NCBI RefSeq assembly: GCF_963921235.1
Contig: NC_086107.1
Span: 97,342,001-97,406,000, forward strand
Length of the DNA stretch: 64,000 nt
Source of the DNA: Mobula hypostoma
Taxonomy: Eukaryota
Direction: 5' to 3'
Shown here piece after piece: positions 50,598 to 63,025 of this stretch. The notes beneath the pieces were generated by a model. It saw nothing but the letters and a program-made list of their open reading frames with translations. It did not search any database and was not told where the DNA came from. A program made the position numbers and the translations under genes. Positions within the stretch are counted from its first letter, which is position 1. Each line of letters starts with the position of its first letter.

Positions 50598-51278
50598 CAA
50601 AAAAGGATTTCTATCTCATCTCCGTCTGAAATAATTCTGAAACTATTCAATACATAACATGAATAAAATATACTCATTTGTTTCCCGCAACATCTGCTCT
50701 GTCAGGCCCCACAAAGCTGGAGTCCTCTATCCATGGTCCCATTCTGATGAGACTCCCGATAGGTCCAGATGGGCCATGGATTCTGCCTTGGACCATCAAG
50801 CCTGTAAACGTAATGTGTCACCGCATGCCTGGAAATGTTGCTGTAAGATCATATGTTTTAATCTGACCCCGTGGCCAGGGCTGTCTCGCAAGAGGCAGAA
50901 TACTGGGTGGGTGGAAGGATTGGCTGAACTGCTGAGCGTCGAGCTTCAGCCCAAGGATGCAAGAACATTTCTGACCTGTACTTTGCAAACCACAACTGCT
51001 GTGTTTTCACCAAAGAGGATAGGCTTCAAAACACCTGAAGACAATCAGAACGGAGTCCAATAGGTTATCCACAGAGAATGGTCACCTGTTCCAGGGTTGG
51101 CAACATTAGGACCCAGCCATGGGTACGGATCCTGCTGTTGTTATTGTTCCACAGACTTTGGCACTAATATCTGTAGCAGAGGTTTATCATTGCTATGGCA
51201 GCCCTACTCAACAGGCACCTCGGCCTCATCAACTGTTGCCCTAACAGGATTACTCAGTCCTTCCTATGCACCAGCCTT

Positions 51279-51531
51279 CTTCCCATGGGCACTCCGATTT
51301 TCCCTTGGGAACTCCACCCATCCCATGGCATCCAATCCTTCCTATGGGAACCCTCACATCCCATGGGAACCCTCACATCCCATGGGAACACGCGTTTCCC
51401 ATGGGCACCCAAAACTTCCCATAAGAACCCCACCCTTCCCATGGTCATCCCATTTTCCATGGGTCCCCTTCCCTTGTACACCCGCTCCTTCCATATGGCA
51501 CCATTACCATGGGTACCACACCCATCCCATG
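51279..51531. repeat. Degenerate 18-20 bp minisatellite with palindromic CCCATGGG core
   Basis: About 13 units such as CCCATGGGAACCCTCACAT. Confidence 0.8.
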
Positions 51532-51532
51532 A

Positions 51533-52055
51533 ATGGTAATCTTCAAAGATTATCACAAACTCTCGCTAATTTCTACAGATGTACCGTGGAAAGCATTCTA
51601 ACTTGTCGCATCACATCTGGTATGGAGGGGCCACTGGACAGGTTTGGGAAAAGCTGCAGGAAGTTGTAAACACAGCCAGTTCCTTCACGGGATCGAGCCA
51701 TCCCGGCGTCGAGAATATCTTCAGAAGTCGATGCCTCAAGAAAGCAGCATCCATTATTAAGGACCTCCATCATCCAGGCAATGCTCTCTTCTCATTGCTA
51801 CCTAAGGCACACCCTCAACATTTTAGGAACAGCTTCTTCACTTCCACCATCAGATTTCTGAATGAAAAATGAACTCACGTATACTACCTCAGTATATTTT
51901 GCTCTCTTTTTACACGATTTATTTAATTTATTTTTCATACTTTTTTCTTTTTGTAATTTAGTTTTTTAATTGTCATATATTGCACTTTGCTGCAGCCACA
52001 AAGACAAAAAGTTTCACAACATATGCCAGTGATATAAAACCTGATTCTGATTCTG
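51533..52055 (+). mobile_element. Rex1/Babar-like LINE 3' fragment
   Basis: QTLANFYRCTVESILT..; KKAASIIKDLHHPGNALFSLLP..FRNSFF; tail AAACCTGATTCTGATTCTGA. Confidence 0.88.
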
Positions 52056-52119
52056 AATCACCATGAGTACAATCATACCTATTCCATTATTCAATAAGAT
52101 CATCATTCACCCAATCCAA

Positions 52120-52437
52120 GAGGATGACAATCTTCTTGTAAGGTTTAAAGGCTTGTGAGCCTCAGTGACCCAGAGAGCTATGTTGGCTGGAGTCAGGGCT
52201 TTTATGCTTTGACCCTTGGTAGGGTCACCCATACCAAACAGGTCAATGGGTAGAGGACAGACTACTGGTCCTCCAGGTTCAGGGGTGCTCAGGGCTAACA
52301 ACCTTGACTGGTAAAACAAAACTGTTACGGAAACAGCAATGAAGAATCCTTCTATATCTGAGTGCAACAGTATGGACAGACAGATGGCGGACCTTCACTG
52401 CCACTTTAAATGCCCCCAGCATAACAGGCAGTAAGTC
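52120..52437 (+). mobile_element. RTE (Rex3/Expander-like)-derived SINE
   Basis: GACCCAGAGAGCTATGTTGG..GGTAGGGTCACCCATACCAAACAGGTC resembles RTE 5' UTRs. Second copy at 38932-39230. Confidence 0.7.
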
Positions 52438-52681
52438 CCAGACAGCCCACCCACCACTCTTATGGGCACTCACGCCCTTCCCACAGACAGCCCACCCAAC
52501 TGTAAGCCGCCCCTCCTTACATAGAACATAGAATAGTACAGCGCAGTACAGGCCCTTTGGCCCACAATGTTGTGCCGACCCTCAGACCCTGCCTCCCATA
52601 TAACCCCCCACCTTAAATTCCTCTATATACCTGTCTAGTAGTCTCTTAAACTTCACTAATGTATCTGCCTCCACCACTGAC

Positions 52682-55474
52682 TCAGGCAGTGCATTCCATG
52701 CACCAACCACTCTCTGAGTCAAAAAACCTTCCTCTAATATCCCCCTTGAACTTCCCACCCCTTACCTTAAAGCCTTGTCCTCTTATATTGAGCGGTGGTG
52801 CCCTGGGGAAGAGGCGCTGGCTATCCACTCTATCTATTCCTCTTATTATCTTGTACACCTCTATCATGTCTCCTCTCATCCTCCTTCTCTCCAAAGAGTA
52901 CGGCCCTAGCTCCCTTAATCACAGATCATAATGCATACACTCTAAACCAGGCAGCATCCTGGTAAATCTCCTCTGTACCCTTTCCAATGCTTCCACATCC
53001 TTCCTATAATGAGGCGACCAAAACTGGACACAGTACTCCAAGTGTGGCCTAACCAGAGTTTTATAGAGCTGCATCATTACATCGCGACTCTCAAACTCTA
53101 TCCCTCGACTTATGAAAGCTAACACCCGATAAGCTTTCTTAACTACCCTATCCACCTGTGAGGCAACTTTCAGGGATCTGTGGACAGGTACCCCCAGATC
53201 CCTCTGCTCTTCCACACTACCAAGTATCCTGCCATTTACTTTGTACTCTGCCTTGGAGTTTGTCCTTCCAAAGTGTACCACCTCACACTTCTCCGGGTTG
53301 AACTCCATCTGCCACTTCTCAGCCCACTTCTGCATCCTATCAATGTCTCTCTGCAATCTTCGACAATCCTCTACACTATCTACAAGACCATCAACCTTTG
53401 TGTCGTCTGCAAACTTGCCAACCCACCCTTCTACCCCCACATCCAGGTTGTTAATAAAAATCACGAAAAGTAGAGGTCCCAGAACAGATCCTTGTGGGAC
53501 ACCCCCAGTCACAATCCTCCAATCTGAATGTACTCCCTCCACCACCACCCTCTGCCTTCTGCAGGCAAGCCAATTCTGAATCCACCTGGCCAAACTTCCC
53601 TGGATCCATTGCCTTCTGACTTTCTGAATAAACCTACCGTGTGGAACCTTGTCAAATGCCTTACTAAAATCCATATAGATCACATCCACTGCACTACCCT
53701 CATCTATATGCCTGGTCACCTCCTCAAAGAACTCTATCAGGCTTGTTAGACACGATCTGCCCTTCACAAAGCCATGCTGACTGTCCCTGATCAGACCATG
53801 ATTCTCTACATGCCCATAGATCCTATCTCTAAGAATCTTTTCCAACAGCTTTTCCACCACAGACGTAAGGCTCACTGGGCTATAATTACCCGGACTATCC
53901 CTACTACCTTTATTGAACAAAGGGAAAACATTCGCCTCCCTCCGATCCTCCGGTACCATTCCCGTGGACAACGAGGACATAAAGATCCTAGCCAGAGGCT
54001 CAGCAATCTCTTCCCTCACCTCGTGGAGCAGCCTGGGGAATATTCCATCAGGCCCCGGGGACTTATCCGTCCTAATGTATTTTAACAACTCCAACACCTC
54101 CTCACCCTTAATATCAACATGCTCCAGAACATCAACCTCACTCATATTGTCCTCACCATCATCAAGTTCCCTCTTATTGGTGAATACCAAAGAGAAGTAT
54201 TCATTGAGGACCTCGCTCACTTCCACAGCCTCCAGGCACATCTTCCCACCTTTACCTGTAATTGGTCCTACCTTCACTCCTGTCATCCTTTTTCTCTTCA
54301 CATAATTGAAGAATGCCTTGGGGTTTTCCTTTACCCTACTCGCCAAGGCCTTCTCATGCCCCCTTCTTGCTCTTCTCAGCCTCTTCTTAAGCTCCTTTCT
54401 TGCTTCCCTATATTCCTCAATAGACCCATCTGATCCTTGCTTCCTAAACCTCATGTATGCTGCCTTCTTCCACCTGACTGGACTTTCCACCTCAATTGTC
54501 ACCCATGGTTCCTTCACCCTACCATTCTTTATCTTCCTCACCGGGACAAATTTATCCCTAACATCCTGCAAGAGATCTCTAAACATCAACCACATGTCCA
54601 TAGTACATTTCCCTGCAAAAACATCATCCCAATTCACACTCGCAAGTTCTAGCCTTATAGCCTCATAATTTACCCTTCCCCAATTAAAAATTTTCCTGTC
54701 CTCTCTGATTCTATCCTTTTCCATGATAATGCTAAAGACCAGGGAGCGGTGGTCACTGTCCCCCAGATGCTCACCCACTGAGAGATCTATGACCTGACCT
54801 GGTTCATTACCTAGTACTAGATCTAGTATGGCATTCCCCCTAGTCGGCCTGTCGACATACTGTGACAGGAATCCGTCCTGGACACATTTAACAAACTCTG
54901 CCCCATCTAAACCCTTGGAACTAATCAGGTGCCAATCAATATTAGGGAAGTTGAAGTCACCCATGATAACAACTCTGTTATTTTTTCACCTTTCCAAAAT
55001 CTGCCTCCCAATCTGCTCCTCTGTATCTCTGCTGCTACCAGGGGGCCTATAGAATACCCCCAGTAGAGTAACTGCTCTCTTCCTGTTCCTGACTTCCACC
55101 CATACTGACTCAAAAGAGGATCCTGCTACATTACCCACCCTTTCTGTATCTGTAATAGTATCCCTGACCAGTAATGCCACCCCTCCTCCCCCTTTTCCTC
55201 CCTCTCTATCCCTTTTAAAGCACTGAAATCCAGGAATATTGAGAATCCATTCCTGCCCTGGTGCCAGCCAAGTCTCTGTAATGGCCATTACATCATAATT
55301 CCATGTATGTATCCAAGCTTTCAGTTCATCACCTTTGTTCCTGATGCTTCTTGCATTGAGGTACACACACTTCAGCCCTTCTACCTTACTGTCTTTACAC
55401 CGTTTATTCTGCTCCTCTTTCCTCAAAGCCTCCCTATATGTTAGATCTGGCTTTACTCCATGCACTTCTTTCAC
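52682..55474 (-). pseudogene. CR1 ORF2 (APE endonuclease + RT), one in-frame stop and a 3' frameshift
   Basis: LNARSIRNK, ITETWL, GDFN, SDH, GVPQGSVLGP, FADD. ORFs 54986-55474 and 52919-54964 are in the same frame; the C-terminus is in another frame (52682-52894). Confidence 0.93.
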
Positions 55475-55509
55475 TGCTCTATCACTCTGGATCCCATCTC
55501 CCTTGGAAA

Positions 55510-56451
55510 TTAGCTTAAACTCTCCTGAACCATGCTAGAAAACCTACCTGCAAGGATATTGCTCCCCCTTGAGTTCAGGTGCAACCCATCCAATCTGTAC
55601 AGGTCCCACCTTCCCCAGAAGAGACCCCAATGATCTAAAAATCTAAAACCCTGCTCCCTGCACCAACTCCTCAGCCACACATTCAACTGCCATTTCCTCC
55701 AATTCTTACCATCACTGTCACGTAGCTCTGGCAGCAATCCTGAGAACGTCACCCTTGAGGTCCTGTTCTTCAGCCTTCTGCCTAGTTCCCGAAACTCACA
55801 CTTCAGGACCTCATCCCTCTTCCTGCCTATGTCGTTGGTACCAATGTGGTATTACGACTTCTGGTTGCTTTCCCTCTTGTACCAGGATGTCGTGCGCCCG
55901 GTCAGAGACATCCCGGACCCTGGCACCCGGGAGGCAACAAACCATGCAGGTGTCCTTCTCATGTCCACAAAATCTCCTGTCTGCTCCCCTGACTATAGAG
56001 TCTCCAATGACGACAGCTCTCCTCTTCTCCATCCCACCCTTCTGCACCACAGGGTCAGACTCAGTGCCGGAGGCCCTGCCACTGTGGCTCACACCTGGTC
56101 GGTCATCCCTGCCAACAGTATCCAGGATGGTAAACTTATTATTCAGGGAAATGGCTACTGGGGTGCTCTGCACTACCTGTCTGTTCACCTTTGCTTTCCC
56201 CCCTCTAACTGTCACCCAACGACCTGCTTCCGACAGCCTAGGTGTGACTACCTCCCTGTAGCTCTCATCTATGATTGCCTCATTCTCCCTTATGAGTAGA
56301 AGGTCATCGAGCTGCTGCTCCAGATTCCTTACACGGTCTTCCAGATCGCCCAGCCGTATGCACTTCTGGCAGATGTGACTCTGCGGGAGAGGGGTGTTCC
56401 CCAAGACTGCCACATCTCACATGAGAGGCACATCACCGTTTCAGGAGGCAT
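55510..56451 (-). pseudogene. CR1 ORF1 (zinc finger, coiled coil, SGNH/GDSL esterase), frameshifted
   Basis: ATG at 56451 gives MPPETVMCLSCEMW; then ICQKC, heptads LEDRVRNLEQQL, VVIGDSIVR, CLPGA and DGLHLN, in shifting frames. Confidence 0.88.
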
Positions 56452-56569
56452 CGTAAAGACTAACTGCGAGCTAGCTTGTCCTCCAAAGACATCCCTGCCC
56501 ATACCTTGGCCACTTGTGGTTCAACACTGAACCTGTGTTCTGCTGTCTAGTCCTCAGTGCTCTTGAACT

Positions 56570-56885
56570 TAGAACATGGAACAATACGGCGCATTACAGG
56601 CCATTCAGCCACAATGTTGGGCTGACCTATATAAATCTACTCCATGATCAATCTAACCCTTCCTTCCCATAAAACCCAAAACTCCTCCATTTTTCTTACA
56701 TCCATGTATCTAAGTCTCTTGAATGCCTCACCACTCCCAGTGCTACCTAAGCACCCACCACTCTCTGTGTAAAAACAAAACTTCCTCTGACATCTACCCT
56801 GACATCCCCCACTCACCTCAACTCATCTTAACTCACCTGAAATGACTGTCCTCTGGTATAGGCCATTGCCACCCTAGGAAAATGT
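56570..56885 (-). mobile_element. Decayed CR1 3' fragment
   Basis: TAGAACATGGAAC..CAGGCCATTCAGCCAC 3' end and CACCACTCTCTGTGTAAAA. Confidence 0.75.
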
Positions 56886-57304
56886 CTGACACCGCCCCCC
56901 CCCCCCGCCCCAAGTCTCAGTGTTCCGAGCTCCTACAGCTAATGCTTTTGCTTCCTCAGTCCACCCAAGGAGTGGAAAGAGCCAGTGACAGCCTCCTCAG
57001 TGAAAGGCCAGAGTCCTCTCACACCTCACCTGACCAGTAAGGGCCATGCTCGATACTGGAGGCAGATTGGCAACAGTTGAGTTAAGATCTCCCACCAAAT
57101 GGGATGATAGTCCAGGCACACAGGGTATTGTCAGGAAATACTTCCTCATCCGAAGGGGAACGCACATTCGCTCTGAAAGTTTGTCCAGACATTTGAGGCA
57201 CATGGGATCCAAGGCATACTGGTAAACTGGTAAACTCGGTAGAAGACAGAGGACAGTGTCTTCTGAGTGGAGGTCGAAAGTGAGAAAAACGTTGGAATTG
57301 GAAT

Positions 57305-57745
57305 TTTTTTCATTCATTTATGGGATGTGGGCATCACCAGCATTTATTGCCCATCTCTAGTTGCCCTTGAGAAGGTGGTGATGAGCTGCCTTCTTGAACC
57401 GCTGCAGTCCCTGAGGTGCAGGTACTCCCACAGTGCTGTTAGGGAGAGAATTCCGTGATTTTGACCCAGCAACAATGAAGGAACGGTGATATGTTTCCAA
57501 GTCAGGATGGTGAGTGACTTGGAGGGGGATTTCCAAGTGGTGGATTCCCAGGTGTCTGCTGTTCTCGTCCTTCTAGATGGTGATGGTGGTGGGTCTGGAA
57601 GGTGCTGGCTTAGGAACTTTGGTGCGTTGTTGCAGTGCATCTTGTAGACAGTACACACTGCTGCAACTGTTCGTCGACTGTGGAGGGATTGGATGCTTGT
57701 GGAAGGGGTACCAACCAAGTGGGCTGCCTTGTACTGGATGCTGTC
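57305..57745 (-). mobile_element. 3' fragment of a different CR1-group LINE (GGGCAATAAATGCTGG-type 3' end)
   Basis: IQSLHSRRTVAAVCTVYKMHC.. C-terminal peptide on the minus strand, then GGGCAATAAATGCTGG and an A-rich tail. Confidence 0.7.
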
Positions 57746-57899
57746 AAACTTCTTGTTTTACTGATGTCACACGTACTAAGAAACAGTGAGAAACTTAGTT
57801 TTACAGTCCACCCATGCAGTTCATTTTAAAACGTTAGGCCACTGAGGTAGTACAAGGGAATAGCACTAAAAACACAGCTTTATTGATTTACTTCACTGC

Positions 57900-58145
57900 T
57901 GAGATTCGGCACAGAATAGGCCCTTGGAGCCGTGCCACTCAGCATCCCCCAACTTAACCCTGGCCTGATTACAGGACCATTTACCATGACCAATTATGGA
58001 TTGCTGGAGAAAGCTAGAGGACCCGGAGGAAACCCACACATTCCGCGGGGAGGACGTGAAAACTCCTCAAGGACGGCGTCGGAATTGAACTCGGAACTGC
58101 GACGCCGCGAGCTGTAATAGTATCGCACTAACCGCTACTGTGGCA
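57900..58145 (-). mobile_element. V-SINE
   Basis: Minus strand: tRNA-like head (GTAGCGGTTAGTGCG..GAGTTCAATTCC), V-domain GTGTGGGTTTCCTCCGGG, CR1-like tail. Confidence 0.8.
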
Positions 58146-59062
58146 CCTGTGCCTTACGGTACGGAGAAAATGCAGTACAGGTAAACAGTAAGGTGCAAGT
58201 GCTGTGTCAAGGTAGATTGCGAGGTCAAGTGTTTATCATTGACAAGAAGTCTGTTCAAGAGTCTTTTTGCCAGTGGGATAGAAACATGACCTGCAACCTT
58301 CCTCCACAGATGCTGCCTGACCTGCTGGGTATTTCCAGCACTCTCTGTTTTTATTTCAGATCCACAGGATTGGGAGATCTTTCAGTTTTTGGTTTCAGAC
58401 CTATTTTGTCCTGTAGGTGTACAGAGAACATCAGGTAAAAAGAGTTCAAGTTTGCATCATCCAAGCAAGTGGAACAGGTTTACAGGCTGAACTGCCTCCT
58501 CCCCACGCTCCTGGTTATGCAGTAACCTCCTCTACTCCCAGTGGGACCCAGACAATGCTTTAAGCTCGTGGAAGTGGGTTTAAGTTCAGAGGACTTTTTT
58601 TTACCTGAAGGATACTGCCTAGAGTGGAGAGATTGCTCACATAAGCCAGGGACTGGTATGAACTCAAGATCTAGAGGTCACAGAATGATCAGTCGAAAAC
58701 ATAGTCAATACGTGCTGCTATTAGTAAGGCCAATACTCTCTGGGGGCACTGCTGCAAGGGATTTTATTCCCGGTCACCGGAGAGCATTTTAACCTTGTAT
58801 ATTAACCATGAGAATATCGGCCTGGCTGGTTGATTGCCGTCACATTTACTGAAATACAGAGAAAACCTCTTGTTTGCATGCCATCCAGTTAGTGAAAACC
58901 AAGGTCACCAAGGAAGGAAGGAGGGAGCAAAATGTAGTGTACGACACACACAAAATGCAGGAGGAACTCAACAGGTCAGGCAGCATCTATAGAGGAGAAC
59001 ACACAGTCAACATTTCGGGTCGAGACCCTTTATTGTGGTCATCCTGACCCTTCATGATGAAG

Positions 59063-59260
59063 GTAGCGGTTAGCCTCACGCAATTACAGCACTGGCAATG
59101 TGGAGTTGATTCCACCGCTGTCCGCGGGGAGTTTGTACACGCTCCCTGTAACCCGCGTGGATTTCCTCCGGGTGCCCCGGTATCCTCAAACAATCCAAAA
59201 ACGTACAGGTTAGGAGGTTAATCGATCCCATTAGGCCAGAAGGAGCTGCATCTCTAACAA
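59063..59260 (+). mobile_element. V-SINE inserted in a Penelope-derived palindrome (about 58944-59340)
   Basis: GTAGCGGTTAGC..GGAGTTTGTACACGCTCCCTGTAACCCGCGTGGATTTCCTCCGGGTGC. Confidence 0.8.
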
Positions 59261-61291
59261 TTAATTAATCAACTTGTGGAGATCCCCCAACATTTTGTGT
59301 GTGTTGCTCTAGATTTCCAGCATCCGCGGGATCCCTTGTTTGTATCGAACAGAGCGTTGCCGGCACAGAGAAGCCGCAGTGCAGGTAGATAAGTAAAGTG
59401 CAGGCTCCACGAGGTGGTGGATTGGGAGATCAAGGGTTCATTTTATAGCATACAAGAGGTCCGCTCACAGTGGGAGGGCTGTCCTTAAGCCTGGTGGTCC
59501 GGGCTCCCCACCCTCTCTGCCCTTAACTGCAACAGCTGACGGGAGAATAGAGGTGAGGTGCGCAGCAGTATCGAGTACCAGCAATTCGGAGCTCTTGAGC
59601 TGGAAGTGTTTCAGGAGAGCTGGCATCGGTTCTATCCATACGGAGAACACATGGCTCTCCGCAGGCAGTAGTCCTGATCGCCTGGCGGGGGGTTCACCTC
59701 GCACACAGTACAGCACCTGGCCTGCTACTATTCAGTGCCACCTCCTTCGTGCTAACTGGCAGGCCTCCCGCTGGCTCCTGCTGTCACACGGCAGAGTGAG
59801 TGCCCCGCACCAGGGCCAGCGCGCTGACAAAGTCACGGCGCTTTCATATCCTCCTGTCCGCTGGCAGCCAGAGGGGTGGGCGCACATGAAGAGGAGGTGG
59901 AGGCTCAGTGCCGTACAGGCACAGCAGACGTCCCCGTGCCCCCTCCCGGCCTGCTACCCACCAAGCCCGGGGCAACTCGGCCGCCCTCACCCTGCAGGCC
60001 TCCCGGGACAAAAGACAAGGCTGCAGCAATTAACACCAATCAGGGGGCACTTCGCAGCTAATTATCGGGCCAGTGGTGGTCTGCAAACTGGTGTCACTTC
60101 ACTGGACTTGCCAAGGCTCCGCGAGGGGCCTGCAGTCTGCAGAAACATTGCTGAAATATCATCCCGTTGTCCAACAATCTTCCAGCACTACAATTGTGGT
60201 AGGGATATTAGAGGGGGTTTGAGGGTGGAAGAGTTTTCAAACATAGGATGATTATAAAAGAAGGAACCCAACAAGCAATGTCCCAGAGGAAACTTGCCAG
60301 CTCAGGCGTCATCTGTTGGAGGGAAAGAATTGTCCTATTACACACTTCTGACCCGAAACATCGACAATTCCTTTCACCCCCACAGATGCTGCTTGACCTG
60401 GCAAACTGCTCTCCAGATTTCAGCATCTGCAATCTTTTGTTTCTCCACAGAAGGTGGCCACTCAGCCCGTCGAGTGTGTATCATCTCATTCCACTGCCTT
60501 CTGCTCACAACCCTTCGAAGTTACTTCTTCCAGATACTGTTCCAGCTGCCCTTTGAATCTCCACCCACTACATCTGACCATCCCCTAACACCCCTCCCAT
60601 GGGGTCCCCCACTCCCTGCTGGTCCCACTTGCACAGCCCACACCCCAACTCTTACTTCATTTCATGTTCTACCTTACTTTCCCAACAGACACCACCAACT
60701 GCAGCCCTTTGTTGCCTCCACCCATCACCTCCCAGCCTCTGTCACTATTCGCGCCCTCCCATCCTCCATCTGCCTAACCCTCACCACCTCCCAAACCCCA
60801 AGGGCTACCTGTTGTTCATTCAGTTGAAGCACTGGCATCCAAGGCATATCGACACACTGGATTTAAAATTGGCTCGGCGATAGAGGGCAGAGAGTAGTGG
60901 CGCATGGGTATCTTCTGACTGGAAGTCCTGGAACGACCTGTTGTTTGCCAGCCCTTGCTCTGCCCATTCCCTTCCCCTTCTTATACTGGCTCTCTCCCTC
61001 CTGTACCTTCAATTTAGGTGAAGCCTCTTAATTCGAGTGTTGACTGTCCATTTCCTTCCACAGATGCTGCCTGAGCCCTTGGGTTCTTCCAGTACCTTGG
61101 TTGTTGCATCATTGAATCTGCCTCTTCCATTCCCTCCAGATGCCAAGTACTCACTGCATCAAACATTTTTCCTCACCTTTGCTCTTTCTGCTAACCTCCA
61201 TTCTACATCACCTGCTTCTTCACCCCTTGGCCAATGGGAATACTGTAGTTTTTCTCCAGTCACTCTTCCTAAGCATTGTAAGATCATAATA

Positions 61292-61830
61292 CCATAAGAC
61301 ATAGGAGCAGAACTAGGCCATTCAACTCATCGAACCTCCTCCGCCATTTCATCATGTCTAATCCATTTCCCTCTCAACCCCATTCGCCTGCCATCTCTCC
61401 CTAACCTTTCATGCCCTGACTAATCAAGAACCTATCAACCTCTGCGTAAAGTACACCCAATGACTTGGCCTCCACAGCCACCTGTGGCAACAAATTCCAC
61501 AGATTCACTTCCCTCTGGCTAAAGAAATTCCTCTTCATCTCCGTCCCTCTATCCTGAGGCTGTTCCCTCTGGTCCTAGACTCTCCTACCATAGAAAACAT
61601 CCTCTGCACATCCACTCTATCTAGGCCTTTCAACATACGATGGGTTTCAATAATATCCCCCTCATTCTTCTAAATTCCAGCGAGTAAAGGCCCAGAGCGG
61701 TCAATCACTCTTCATACGATATGCCTTTCAATCCCTGAATCGTTCTTGTGAAATTCCCCTGAACCCTCTCCAATGTCAGCATATTCTTTCTTAAACAAAA
61801 GGCCCAAAACTGTATGCAATACTCCAACTG
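61292..61830 (-). mobile_element. CR1 3' fragment, same family as the 29051 element
   Basis: CCATAAGACATAGGAGCAGAACTAGGCCATTC end and collinear similarity to 29055-29610. Confidence 0.88.
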
Positions 61831-62039
61831 GTACTCCTTTATGGTATTATCCAATCAGGTAAGAGGGTGTGCTTGCTGACCAATTGATGAGTGAAGGCAG
61901 GACACCGTAACCATTGGTGGAGATCACAGAATTGGTGGTCTTGGTTTCTATACCTAAGGATAGACTTGTGTCGGATGTGCTGGGTTGATTCCAGGCTTGT
62001 TCTGGAGAGAGACAACACAAAACAGGTCCTTTAGTTCTT

Positions 62040-62290
62040 CAACGTCCATAATCCCCATTTCCCCACTTTTCACTGACCTCCACATCTCCATCAACCCTCC
62101 CCAGATTCAACTGCTCACCTACACACAAATGCTAATTTACAGTGGCCAGTTAACTTTCTAACTTGTGCGTTTTGGGAAGGAAACCACATCACCTAGGAGA
62201 CTGCATGTTCCCACAGGGAGATCATGCAAACACCACACAGACAGCATTGGAGGTCAGGATTAGGCCAGGTCAGTAGCACTACTCTCACCC
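62040..62290 (-). mobile_element. Decayed V-SINE
   Basis: AATTTACAGTGGCCAGTTAAC..GGAAACC..CACAGGGAGATCATGCAAACACCACACAGAC. Confidence 0.6.
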
Positions 62291-62809
62291 CATTCAGCCA
62301 CCATTTACTGCGAGGAATAGTTGGAGTAGGATTGGCTTTTGCTCGCTGGAGTCTGGAGGAACGAGGGGACTTTGTACTGAAGTATGAAGTTCCTGGGGCA
62401 GGTGGATGGCTCCATGCAGAGGGATTGGTTCCTCAGGCTGATGAAGAACCCACAGTGATCAGACACAGCACCAAGAGGAAGGGAAATCCCTTCACTCAAA
62501 GGGTTGCCAGCATTTGGAGATCTCCACTCCAGAAAGCCGGATTTCTCTGCCCTGAGGGAACAGGGCAGCAAAGGCACGTGCAGGACGAATGGCTGCTGTC
62601 TCACTGTTCCAGTAAACCATGGTTAAATCTGACCTCCACCCGTGTATGTCTGCACTTTCTCCACGTGACTGGAGAGTCAACAAACTGCGGATGCTGCAAC
62701 CTGGAGCAACAAGGAAGCAGCTGGAAGAACTGATGCAGCATTTCGACCCGAAACATCAGATGTTCCTCCCCTCCCATGGATCCTACTTCTGGAATATTGT
62801 TTGCCTGTC

Positions 62810-63025
62810 CCTGTGACCGCATGGATCTCCTCCAGGTGTTCCAGTCTCCCAGGGACCCTGCAAGTTAATGGGTTAATTGACTGCTGTAGATTGCTCCTAG
62901 AGTGCACACAAGAAGTCGAATGTGGGAGATTTGTTGGGAACGTAGGGAGGATGAAATGGGATGAATGTGAATTGGTGCCTGATAGTCAGCACAGACTCAA
63001 TGGGCCAAAGGGCCTTTTTCTGTGA
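62810..63025 (+). mobile_element. Decayed V-SINE, headless
   Basis: CCCTGTGACCGCATGGATCTCCTCCAGGTGTTCCAG..GGTTAATTG..ATGGGCCAAAGGGCCT tail. Confidence 0.65.

Larger units (their letters stand above)
52519..56480 (-). mobile_element. Near full-length CR1 LINE
   Basis: (CATAGAA)n tail at about 52520; ORF2 and ORF1 in the expected order. Confidence 0.96.

Noticed and set aside
56997..57317. Minus-strand ORF with possible splice sites (about 57031-57217)
   Set aside because: Peptide not recognisable and no partner exons; insufficient support.
59553..60251. 232-aa ORF as a host gene
   Set aside because: GTG start, low-information Pro/Arg/Ala/Ser-rich composition expected from GC-rich DNA, no domain.
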